Source: Phoronis australis (lineage: Eukaryota > Animalia > Phoronida). Taken from it: a DNA stretch of 64,000 bases. Location of the stretch: the NCBI GenBank assembly GCA_002633005.1, contig NMRA01000578.1, positions 76,927 through 140,926 on the forward strand, in the 5' to 3' direction. Made by a program: the position numbers and the translations under genes. The first letter of the stretch is position 1; each line of letters opens with the position of its first letter. Below are positions 52,507 through 64,000 of the stretch, in pieces. The notes beneath the pieces are model-generated. The model was not told the DNA's origin. It did no database searches and saw only the letters and a program-made list of their open reading frames with translations.

Positions 52507-53180
52507 CGACCGGAGAGCACTGGTAGACCACACTTAAATATTTGCTGGTTCCCGGACACGGATCACCAAAGACGGTATTCACTGCTTTCAGTGAACAGCT
52601 ACGTTTATTCTGACATCGACACTCGGCGGCGCTAAGTGATGCCAGTGAAGAGCACCCAGTGGTTATATTCGGCCCACTCTGGCAGATCTTCGTATCGTTG
52701 CGACCGTATAGGGCTGACAGAATCTTCAAAGCTCTACCCTTTGTGCACGATAGCGTCATCGTTTGCGATTCACATGCCGTCTTCGATTCTGTCGTACACA
52801 AACATAGCTTAAGCTTACCATTGTTGACTTTTTACTATTGAGAACAGATATTTCATTTGCGGAACACGCTTGAAAACCTGACTAGATGCATCTACGACTT
52901 TGAACTTTTTACTTTCAAGTAGACAAAAGACTATGTTGTATTGAGCAACAGTCCGATCGTGCACATAGACAACAACAAAACCCATTTATGCATTAATTCC
53001 GCATCTTCTGGTGGTGGCGGTAGCGATGGTGGAGGTGGTGGTGATGATATATTGGTGGTGGTATTAATGTGTATTATTTGCAAACTACGCTATATTTTAC
53101 ATCGTTCGTGATAAGTACTTGCCTGGCAACGGCGAAAGAGAGAAGCACATCGGCAAACACGAGGAGCAGTATTCTTTCAT
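52507..53180 (-). pseudogene. SUEL-type rhamnose/galactose-binding lectin gene, probably damaged (leader exon 53180-53123, lectin exon 52788-52507)
   Basis: A symmetric phase-1 282-nt exon encodes ACES..LSC....I.SA.YGR....C...C......C....C......FGDPCPGTSKYLSVVYQC, with the YGR, DPC and KYL motifs. TATAAA boxes on - at 53264-53279. The signal-peptide-like text is out of frame with the ATG, and no downstream exon was found. The lectin domain is secure; pseudogene status is not. Confidence 0.7.
53008..53062. repeat. Degenerate (GGT)n microsatellite
   Basis: tggtggtggcggtagcgatggtggaggtggtggtgatgat...ggtggtgg. Confidence 0.7.
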
Positions 53181-56029
53181 TTCCGAAATGGATTTATTTC
53201 GCGCTTGTTGTAGGCTGCTTGTCAGGTCATTGTCTGCCAAAATAGAAAGTGGTTTTGTTAACGTTTATAAAGTTTTATAATTGCATTTGAACGAAGTAGC
53301 TCATCACCAAGAGCGCTGTCCGGTCTCTCATACATGACATGTTGCTGAAAAAATTGGAAATTAACATTTGAGTTGGCCGAAAATATCCTAATAGGCTCAG
53401 GTCTATGCTTCACATAATTTGAAAACTGCGCCTCACGACTGGCAACACGCGGCAATGGTAAAAAAATGGGCAGATCCCAGCCCATTTCGGTTGGCATCAG
53501 GTGGCTCATGGGGTAAAGAAAAGGATCGCGACCCATATCAGCTGGCATCAGGTGGTACTGAGAAAGAACACGAACTCTGACCTGTTTCAGCTGACCTTAT
53601 TTGTCTTTTTCTTTTGAAAAAACGATCAATTAGAAACACCTCGTCTTCACGTCAATTTTTAAATAAAAATACGGAGCAAACTGAACCAATTGTTCCATCT
53701 TTGACTCCATAAAATGTTAAGAGACATTCCACGAGAAAAAGAAATCAAAAAATCACTCTAGGGGTCATCTTTCAAATTCAGCTTAAAACTTGTGTATGTG
53801 ATCGTGGTGTGGTTCCGATATAAGAATCACCAATTTTGCAGTTATTGAACTTTTAATTTTTTACCAACAGGCCTTCAAAGGTTTACAAAGAAAACAACAT
53901 GTTTTTGCATACCGAAAACAGTAACATATAGATTGTATGCAAGGGAAGAATCAACATGACGGAATTACTAAGTGGGACAAAAGGACTACCACATAAATTG
54001 ATATTAATAATTTCCCTGCATTCATCACGTGACGGGATATAAATCCAGAAGCAATTTTGTAGTGTTGAAAGTGGGCGCCACTTAAATGCTTCTAAAAGCC
54101 AGTTTGTGGGGTTGTGGACATTGAAAGATATGTTTATGGATAGATATTGAATGTGTGAACAAATTTTTAGAAATCTCTTAACTGGGCTTTTTATTTTTTG
54201 TTCTAAAAATGCCCCAATGTTGCGTATTCTACATTTTTTAAACAAATGCTTTGTAGCTTCATTACATTTAAATTGATTTCAAGAATTAATTCACGAGAAT
54301 CAACATTGTACGGACCATAATGCTGTCTGACATGTCCATGTTACCATTTCACCCATTGAGTGTTCGTAACTTACCGTGGGTCAGAGGTTATGTAGGCAAA
54401 AGTGATGACACATTTGCCTGGTGCCAATGCCCAAAGCGACTGACGCCCTCAGAGGCAATTTTTAGACTGACATGAATAATTGATGTGATTTTTAATGAAA
54501 TATTCCGATTTGTGCACTATTTCAAGGCTTTTATTTGTGAACATTTCTTTTGAATCAAGGGCTCGAGATTGTATGAAGCGGTCGAACTGAAAACTATTCT
54601 TTCACTTTGAAGACACAAGCCTACATCACAGGAAAGGCATCGAAGTCTGAAATACAAAAATGAAATAATTAATCAAAATCATTGTGCATTCAAGAGTTAT
54701 AGCTTTTTATGTGTCAAATTTTGACCCATTACTTTGATCACGTGGGCCATCTTGCGATATCAGCGGGATAGGCTACAAGATTGACAGTGCTTAAACTTGA
54801 TTTTTACAAATATTCTAGCAGTAAAATTTAGTGACACATGTCCTTAACTACCATTTTGTTCAACCCAGGAGTTTATGCCAGAATTTAATCACGCAAGTGT
54901 AACTTATTGAGTGGTTATAGTGCTCACAATTCACGTTGGACAACATGGCGACTCTTTTGAACTGAAAGGCACGTTTAACCGGCTACATTGTCATCGGTGA
55001 AGATTTAACTTTAAAACATTTGTAGACACAATGCTACAAAAAAAAAAAACGTTTTGAACGATTTTCTGGTACGCGTGTCATAACTATTATGAATCTTCTA
55101 TTTGTTTCAATGTGAAGTGCCCATTCAATTCCACTCTGCCAAAAATACTGTTGAAATTGCTTTGAAATCGTTTTTTGTTTGAAAGTCAATTTCTGTTCAA
55201 GGTATGATTATGTGTCACAACAGAACATATTTCTCTAAATTTTTTGCATGAACTATGCGTTTGATTCATGTTTTGCTACTAGTTACTTTTTACTTCAAGA
55301 TATATATCAAAGCAAGAATGTGTGAAAAATCTTACTTGACTTACAGAAATTATTTACATTTGGTTTATGAAGTGGGAAGCGTGCTGAAATCTTTCTGCTG
55401 CATAGCTTCATATTTTTTGTTATCACTCTTGTCAAATTCTAGTTTAAGGAGGAAAGCTTTTATGGTACTCAGTCACCATGGTAGCAATTATGAATATCTA
55501 CTTTCATACTTACCGTGAGATTGGTTCAGCCTGTATTGCTGAAATTTTCCTAATCACATTCTAAATTACTTATTGTGGCGAAAAGACGTATTATTTTTTT
55601 ACTGAGATCACTTTGCTAGGTGGGCTAGGGGTAAGCCTTAGCTACGATGAAATTTTTAAACCCATGTGTCCAATGTTTTCAAGAGATGTCATTTTATCTC
55701 TTATGTGAGTGTGACAACAATTGACAAAATCTGATTTGGGTGAAATCGCCTGAACGATTAGCATCCTGTAAAATAACAAATCTCAGATTAAATTGACTTT
55801 ATACATTTTACGTAATGTTTATCAGGTAATAAGATGGATGTCACCAGGGCACAGCACGAGTTACCAGCTGGCGGGGGCACAGGTTACCATATGAACGGTT
55901 TCCAAAGTGTTAAAACAGACACTGGTGTGACAGCCCAGGTTAGACTAAGTCGAAAACATGCATGTAAATAATATTAGTTTTTAGAAGTAAGAAGTGGAAA
56001 ACTAAAACGAGGCTGGAGTGCAGGACGAA

Positions 56030-56070
56030 AACGACGTTTTGATACTAAACAAAAGTCATCCTCAGGTGCA
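56030..56070 (-). ncRNA. Decayed Penelope-type minimal hammerhead ribozyme motif
   Basis: Minus strand reads CTGAGGA-t-gact-tttgttt-agt(a)tc-AAAAC-GTC. The CUGANGA core and GUC triplet are intact, GAAA is mutated to AAAA, and stem I is weak. Confidence 0.4.
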
Positions 56071-56277
56071 ATAGGGACAGAAAACAAAATATAGTAACAG
56101 AGTGTATTAGATTTTAATCTAAAATTAAAGTCGTTTTCAAACATGCATGTGCCATCGTATCCTCGCTGGAAACGTTTTGACCAAATTTCTTGAAATTTCA
56201 CCAAAGATGGATTGCTACCTACGACGTCATACTACTTCCGGAGAATAGAATGGCTGGAAACCTGATGTCCCGTCATC

Positions 56278-56323
56278 AGTCGGTGACAAAGGACTGTAGA
56301 GTGCAGTCCGAAACGTACGAACT
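56278..56323 (+). ncRNA. Decayed Penelope-type minimal hammerhead ribozyme motif
   Basis: tcg-GTGACAA-a-ggactgta-gag-tgcagtcc-GAAAC-GTA-cga. Strong stem II, GAAA, palindromic ACGT stem III and short stem I. The core differs from CUGANGA at positions 3 and 8. Confidence 0.45.
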
Positions 56324-57123
56324 CTTAACTCTTTAGTCTCTAAGTAAGTTGATCTTACTAAAACCATACCTTCACCGAGACCATGAGAAACCTTTTTTCA
56401 ATCTTCACCAAAAACATCTACTCATACAAACTGCCACCAGGGGGGAAGCAGTCGTCATAGCATCTTAAAATTGACGTGGACTGATTTGATCACCAAAGAA
56501 GCATATTTGCGAAAATTCATGAAGCCCCTTTTTGAGGTTTATTAGATACAGCTGTATACTGCCTTTAGTCAGGCACTGTAAAATACGTCATAGAATGTTC
56601 TTTGTATCGGCGGTTGCTTGAAAAAAAACAAAAGCCCATTTTTATTATTTATTTTCATACATAGTCATACATCCAACTGATGAAAAATATCATTGGAAAT
56701 TACCAGCATCCCGCAAACTTGCCCCTAGAGCACCTCAAAAATGGTTTAAAATCAAATAAAAAAACTTGGGCAAAATTTACCGAATTTTGGTACTCCAGTG
56801 AACGTTAACGGAAAGATCTTAGAAAATTCAAAGACTGCCTTCTGATAGAGAGGTTCAGTGTCTACATAAATAACGGAACAAAAATTCCAAATAAAAAATT
56901 CGAACATATCCCACCAGGATCTGAGTCGGTGACCCTAGAGTCGTGGAATGACAATTAAAGCTGTTATAAGCCTGACCTCCACCACAAGTTTTTTGTTGTT
57001 GTAGATGACATACCGTTATAAATTGATCTCGAATTGCTCCTTAGTCAAAGTAGAGACGATTTCTGGACTTGAGAAAGAACCGAAGTTCATTGTTGTTCGA
57101 GACTTATCTCTACAAGTTGACTT

Positions 57124-57269
57124 CAGTGGCGAATTTAAGGGGGGGGGGGTTCAAGCGGGCAATGGGCCACCCCTATTTGACAGTACGGGAGGTGCGAATG
57201 TCTGACGGGCAAAATCCTGGCTAATACTCTGGCTTGCCCCCATAACTCAAAATCCTGGATCCGTCCCTG
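57124..57269. mobile_element. hAT5-like MITE, copy 2
   Basis: cagtggcgaat...atccgtccctg, flanked by gactt on both sides (57119-23, 57270-74). Confidence 0.8.
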
Positions 57270-57393
57270 GACTTGACAAGGGGGGGGGGTCATTTTATTC
57301 GCTGATCATTGTTTTCACGACGGAAAACCGAACTGTCAGTTTTTTGCGAGTCCGAATATCACTTCTCATCCGAGTAATGAAAAATTTGAGACC

Positions 57394-57548
57394 CAGTTGT
57401 GGATTTAGAGGGTGGCCAAGGGGACCATGCCTCCCCTAAAATATTCCCAGATTCCATTTGGCAGTTCGGGGGTGCGAGTGTCTGACGGGCAAAATCCTGG
57501 CTAATACTCTGTCCTGCCCCCTCAACTCAAAATCCTGGATCCGCCCTT
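57394..57548. mobile_element. hAT5-like MITE, copy 3
   Basis: cagttgtggat...atccgccctt, flanked by agacc on both sides (57389-93, 57549-53). Confidence 0.78.
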
Positions 57549-58217
57549 AGACCAATGGCGATAACTGTTATAAATCGGAACGCAGGTTTAATAACGCTTT
57601 TAACTGATTATTCTGTTTTGCCAGATTGTGTATATATATTCAGCCTATTTATGAGGATGGCCTTGAATACTCCTTTTGCGAGTTTATAACAATAACGCGA
57701 GATTATGTGAGACTCAACTGTGACGTCACGGGAAGTGGGGCAATGGCTTGTCGTTCTGGCCATTTGCCCAATACGGTATATCTTGAAACCTAATTTAAAA
57801 AATGGGGCATTGTGTCAAGATGTACTATATTAATTTGCCAATGTCGGCAACTAATGAGGTGCAGGATATTTAGAAGTATTCAACTGAAAGAGAAGTTAGC
57901 CGTTTCAAAATCTTAGAAGCAGGCCCATTATCTTTTTCGAAGTCCCTGCTTCCTCCAGTTAGTCACTGAATTACTACATTAATGAAAGTGTGGATGAATA
58001 AATAATAAATAATATTCCCAAGACAGGAAAAAATGATGTAATCGTGAAAGTGCACCGCAGAAAATTCTTGATAATTTGGGGTATAATATCTAATGAGTTT
58101 TTAATACCACAAAAAGAACACGACTTCAAGAAAACGGCGCGGCATAGGTTTTTAAAAACCGAGAGTAAAAATGGATTTGTTTAAACAGTGGTTCACTGTT
58201 TTAGAAAGATGAATTAA

Positions 58218-58960
58218 AGAGGCCTGGAACACCAAAAACTAAACTGCTTTATTCAAAGGGAATCTTTACAGAATTCAACCTGCTCACCAGGTATTTTTAC
58301 GGTTTGTTCATAACGACTTAGTGAATTTCTTTTGATGTCAAAACATTTTCTATTTAGTTTTAAATTCCCCCAAAAACGATCTGTCAAGTGCTCCTCACTT
58401 TGTCGTTTTTCTCAACAATTCAATGCACGGCTGCTTATTTGGTATGCAAAGTCAAACGTAGCACATCTCCCTTATATGGAAAATGTGACTTTTGACCTTG
58501 ATGTAAACAAAACAATGGCGACTTGAAGCAGCACCTAGTCCGACTAAAAGGCAACTGATGCAAAATCCTATTTGTTTAAATTTAGTAATGAAGGTATTGC
58601 AGTATTCTAATATATTTTAAAACTCTCTAGGAATATTTTTTTGGAGAATTGCTTGCTTCACTGGCTTGTCTCATACCGTGCTATACACCTCTGATTGTTT
58701 GTGAATGCGATAACCCATGAGAATCTGCCGTTTACATCCATCTTGTCAGCCAGAGGTTTGTCGAATGAATTATAAGTGGGAGGGAAATTTGAAACTCTGT
58801 CGTGACAACAGAGTTTTTACATCGAGCGTACTTCAAATATGAATTTGAGATTTTTCCTAAAATTACCTTACAAAGGAATGTGAATAAAGCTGTAGTATAC
58901 GTTTCGAGGTGATGTTTAAAAGATATTTTTGATGAGCTTTCGCGCTCCATGCCTCCAAGT
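58218..58960. mobile_element. Non-autonomous DNA element (TTAA-AG start, Kolobok-like), longer relative of 37950-38390
   Basis: Starts ttaa|agaggcctggaacacc and shares inverted collinear blocks with the YARS2 intron copy. The far end was not identified. Confidence 0.55.
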
Positions 58961-61900
58961 TTGAAATACGTAAGAAGCATCTCATTTCCATTTTTACTTA
59001 AAAACGAAAACGCAAAATCAGTTCTTAGAAATTTGTCTCAACGTTTCCTTTGCCACCATAGCCGTATTAGCTTACATTAAAAAGGAGAATGAAAGTTCAG
59101 CTGCCATTGTCCTGAAGCAATTTTTTTCAAAATTAGATGGGTTGACCCAAATCCAGACTGGTGTCTTTGACACACCTGTCACCAGATGTGAATGGTGTGT
59201 TTGAGGAAGGAAATCGCATAGTCTGGCAAGGTTCAAAACATCTTTTGTGTCCGAGTAACTTGCTCCATAATTTACATTCTGTCTATAAATTACGTAAACA
59301 GGAAATGCCCGTTTAAAAGGGGAATCTGTCTGACACAAAAATGTACTCAGCATTTCGGACTAATCGTTACACAACTTTTATTCACTCTGAACGTTACTGT
59401 AAATAGTTTACAATCGAACGCTCGCCGTTTTTCTCTTGGTTTATGTTCCAAACAACGCTTGTCAGTCGTGACAGATATTGTAATCTATCATAGTTTCATT
59501 CTTTTGTTAGTTTTTCAAAAATGACGCAAAAATAATGACGTTTTATTCACGATGGCCTGTTTTTTTGTAATCCAGACGAACTCGACGGAGTGAATGAGTA
59601 AACAAACAACATGGCTTTCCAAAACTTTAACGCACGATTTGATTTGATTGACAACAGGTTGCACCGAAAACAACTCGAGCGTGTTTACCACAACCGTTCA
59701 AATAGCAACGATTTCATCTAGAAAACAACAACTGTTTAAGTGAAATTAAACGAATTTGAAATCTTTACATATTTCACAGCCCATATTTTTAAAACAGCAT
59801 TTTTGGGAAATACGATTACACGTTTGAGAAAAAGATTGGAAGCACAAAAGTGCTTTAAATTAGTGACTTGAACAGCATAATTATATCTCTTCAAATGTCG
59901 TCATAGCAACGGCATTACGTCTAACAGGCAAAGATGACAGGTTTGAAAGATAGACCTCGCCCATTGGGGTGTCACGAAAATGTGATATTAATGTCCGTGA
60001 GTGGCAGTGAAAGATGTACTATGATGATCTATTTCTCCCCAATTGCTTTTCTAGTACTTTTAAGACTACCATGACAACCAGTTGTCCTGCCTTTCAAACT
60101 GAAGAAGCGTTCTCACTACTTGTGCAATTCTTTTCTCATATTTTTGATTTTTTCTGCCGCCCTGAGTTTTTCATTCGAACTCTTTTCTGTGTCAAACTCA
60201 GAGATCTATGTCTAAAATGAAAAACACACTAATAAAACGAATCTTTGAAAGTCATTGTCCTCGAAAAAATAGCGTTGTTCAAAGAGGAGTAGTTTTCTTT
60301 ATTAGAAAACAACTGAGTTCCAAACAAAATAATACTGCGTTGGCTCACATGTGGTTTTTATGATACAGCAGGTCAGCCGTTAAATGAGAGTTCATGATGG
60401 GTTAATATCACACTAATGTTACGACTAATTAGCATAACATTAGTGTGCAAAATGCTAATCAGAGCATGAAAACAAGCTATATGTGAATGCGGCATATCTG
60501 CCTTCTGCTTTGACGGGCGGACGGTAATAAGGCAATTCAGAAGCCTGACCACCGTTCACAGGTGAAACATTCTCAGGTGAAAGATCAGATGTCCGGTCTG
60601 CATTCTGACTGCAGGTGCTGTGTACGTGTCAGCATGGTGCGTTAATTCAGCCAGTGAGAATAGAATTGCGTTGGTAATAAAATAACACCGTTGGTAAGAA
60701 TGCCATTGCGGTGCGTAAGGAAAGAAGGTTGTTTTTAATAGTGTACACTGTAAAAACAACATCGACGAGTTCATCACTGCACGTCACAATGGTTGATTTG
60801 GGCGAGTTTGGGGTCTAATAACTTGTCCGTCCATGTTTTACTTGTTGACAACCAAGTAACCATAACTATATAATTTGTCGCAAGTTGGACACACGTTTTA
60901 AACTTCATTGGATGAGAAATACCAAGTAATGGTTTCATTATAGTAATACACCGAGAAACAGGTGCACCAGTGGGTGGCTTTAGCAGTACGATCCTTGTAA
61001 GAACACAGCATTGAAGATATCCGACATCCTTGTATTAGAGCGAAATGAACAGTACATACTATGGCAGAGGTACATTTTTGACGCATCCACAAATTCTTAG
61101 AGGATTAATTATAGACAAGGTTGCACGACACATCCATTTAACAATGAAAATTGTACGTCAACACATTCTTAAGGAAAAGAATTCTTTATCCTTGATTACT
61201 TGAAACTATAAACCTTGTAAAGATGACGTTTACCTCTAGTATCTATTTCGTCACCCTGATTATGTTGCGCTGTGCTGCATATACAAGCGAAGATTATCAC
61301 AGTCAAAAAATATGTCTTCATTCCTACTGTTGTCTGAAAATACACATGAAGATCAAGATACAAGTTTAAAATAAATGGTTTTGCCTACCATGTAGACTGG
61401 GCAACGGTATTGTCTGTCGAGCTATTATATTGTAAATTCTAAAATATAATATAATGTTTTGAACTCATACAAATGAATATTCTAACATTGGATGAAATTT
61501 AAAATGGGACTTGTGCAATCATTTGACGACTTCACAAAGTAAGTGTAATTCGCCGTTTGTACATTATTAAACTTCGCAAACACTCAAATCTTTGGTTTTA
61601 GTACATGACTGCACTGAATAGCATACGCATAAGAGTATACGTGGAATCAAGTACACCGAGAGATTTCTTTCCTTTTGTTTAAGTTACAGTGTAGTTTCAT
61701 GCTTAAGCTTAGCTCAATTTCAAAATGATTTACCTGTATCGTTACTTTTTCTGACCTGCTCGGTAAACCGGTCCTGTGTTGAAATATAAGTCGCTTTTGT
61801 GCTTATGCGTGTATAACCTTTGACACCGCGGGCATTAATTATGGTTATGAACGTAGTTGCAGCATTAGTTCGTCGAGTCCTTTGTCTGTTGGTGAACTGA

Positions 61901-62967
61901 AAAATCGTGGAACCGTCCGTGATAAAGACTGTGTTGTCCTGCCGCCAGAAATACTCCAGGGTCTACTTCATAAACTGCTGTGGTTGGTACTGCTCAGTTC
62001 AGACAAAAATCTAGTGCCCAATTTCACATTGTACTACCTCACAGAGAAGTTATTACAAGACTTATTTCATAAGTATCTTATTCATGTATTTGAGCCAGGT
62101 TTAATGCGTCATTGTTTGCCAGCTGTACTTTTAAGGGGTATGCATAAAGTACGTTGTAAATGTCCTATCAGAATGACAAGGTCGTATCACATCTGTGACC
62201 AGGCGCTTTACAAGTCAGAAAAATATCACGTTCTGAAGGAAATTTGAGTCGGGGATCCCCTGCATTCTGTGCCAGTCCATCAGTGTACTGATTCCTAGCA
62301 TCCACCAAGCAAAGACAGAAATCCAAACATGAGCATGTAGTCAAATAAGAGTATGAGTCGGTTTGAGCACCTGGTGGGAAAAACATCTTTTTGGTTTTAT
62401 CATTCCGTCATGTGATACAACCATACAACTCTGATGCGATACTTGCTTTATGCATACATAGTTCGGGAGGTGTCGATAAACTTTTATACTACGCTATTAG
62501 ACCAAAAAAGCAGTTGATTCTGGTATGTTTCTTTTTTGTAAAAATCGAGTTCGTGATGCAGTAATGTTTAGTTCTTAACTTTTTCAAATAAAAGAAAATA
62601 CACCAGAGTCGAGCATTAATTAATGATGCGGAATTTTGTTTAATGTTTTACTCGTCGCTTGTCATATAATGGCGTTTTAACCTCGCTTTCCCTTGCACAC
62701 GTGTCCGGTTGTCTTTTGGTCAACTTTTCAAAACAAACACAAGACCTTGACTAAAAATCATGAGGGCGGGCTTTGGATTGTTACGTCAAGCAGTTAGCAA
62801 AATCCTGCTGCCGCTTATGTTTAGAACCAACTTCGGCCGATTCCATGAAAGTGGTTTAACAAAACCAGAATTAAAACTCAAAATTGGTTATCCATTACCC
62901 TGGGCTAATTTTAAACCTAACTTGCAATTCATCAGCGTGGTTTAAAAGTCTGAAAACCTGGTTTAGA

Positions 62968-63150
62968 CCAGGGGCCCGGTTTAGTAAAACCAGTCTTCCG
63001 TTCAATAACGCTAGGACCTCGCTAAAAAGCAAGACCTCGCCAGATTATACGTGAGAAATTGCCGAGTATTTTAAAGGAGAACACGTGACTTTGACTAGGT
63101 TTTAGCTAGATCCTAGCGTAGGCCCTAGCGTCTACTGAACTCACGCCAGG
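62968..63150. mobile_element. Dispersed ~180-bp MITE-like element, copy 2
   Basis: Reverse-complement homolog of 4067-4243. The gggcccggttt end and cag flanks resemble PIF/Harbinger MITEs. Confidence 0.6.
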
Positions 63151-63624
63151 TTTAAACAGTACACACCATGGATTTTTGCACATTTTGAATTACCGGTGGC
63201 CACAGACTAAATGTATGACGTAAAATTTAGCTAGACCCATGTTTATTTTGTGTAATTAGCTCGAAATTTTGATTTTTCATTCAATTTTGCCAATTTTCAC
63301 ATTTGCCGCCTTGTGACGTCATGGGTTGAACACAAGAGATCAGTGACTGGCATTGAACAAAAGCGGAGAGCAGGGAATTTGAAAGCGACGACGATTATGA
63401 GCAAGAATTGAACAAATACTATGAAGAAACGTACGGCAAAGGTGGCCAGGATGAGGAAATGGGGTTGCACGAAAGCGAGAACAAGTTTAGTGTGCTTCCG
63501 GCTGCGTACTTTTCTACTTGAGCCTTACGAACTAGATCCTCCCGCGAGAGAAGCCGCCTCGGGCTCAGCGAGTCAACCAAGTCATCACAGACGATCCTGA
63601 ATTAAGAGCTGATGTTTCTGAATG

Positions 63625-63880
63625 ATAAATAACGTTCTTTATTGAACCTGGCCTTTATCGTAACGTCTCCTGTGACTGGAGTCGAAACACGAGTCCTCAA
63701 AGTGGGCAGAACACAGAGTGGCCCCGGACCGAATCGCTTGGTCCACGGTGATGTCCCACACTCTCGTTCGGCGCACGAAGCGATGCCACTTGTGCACAAC
63801 TTTGGTGTCCTCCGGAACACCGAGACGTTCTCCGCCTGGCTGCTGTTGCTGCAGCCTCCGGAAACACATCTTTTGATCCC
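63625..63880 (-). pseudogene. Frameshifted THAP zinc-finger domain, remnant of a DNA transposon (Kolobok/P/Harbinger-type)
   Basis: KRCVSGGCSNS....SVF in one frame joins PEDTKVVHKWHRFVRRTRVW...LCSAHFEDSCF in another, giving the THAP signature C-x4-C...P...W...C-x2-HF...F. It is flanked by 16-bp inverted repeats at 63316-63331 and 63972-63987. Confidence 0.75.
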
Positions 63881-64000
63881 TCTACGAACCTTCTCGACGC
63901 TAAATGTACTTTGCTTTCTCTTCACTCTATACACTTTGTCTCTGATCCGAACAGTATGGCGAACGACTTGGGTTCAACCCATGACGTTGTACATAATTAT

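Overview
This is eukaryotic, AT-rich, intron-rich animal DNA, probably a marine invertebrate such as a mollusc or other lophotrochozoan (inferred from gene and repeat style). Three conserved genes can be spliced by hand with consistent exon phases. They are the 3' part of HELZ (+, 17 exons, 3438-22882), a promethin/LDAF1 (TMEM159) gene convergent with HELZ (-, 161 aa), and a complete mitochondrial tyrosyl-tRNA synthetase YARS2 head-to-head with LDAF1 (+, 13 exons, 468 aa, with a 17-nt first coding exon and one GC-AG intron). The last 21 kb is mostly transposon relics: a TTAA-flanked Kolobok-like element containing an RTE fragment that itself holds an insertion, a CR1/L2-type LINE 3' end, MITEs with 5-bp target duplications, two decayed Penelope-type hammerhead motifs, and a frameshifted THAP element. 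It also holds an apparently damaged SUEL rhamnose-binding lectin gene. I found no clear-cut new biological system. The best leads are the uORF-rich LDAF1 leader and shared promoter, the hammerhead pair, and the nested transposon that may supply the YARS2 poly(A) signal. All family assignments come from motif recognition, not database searches.
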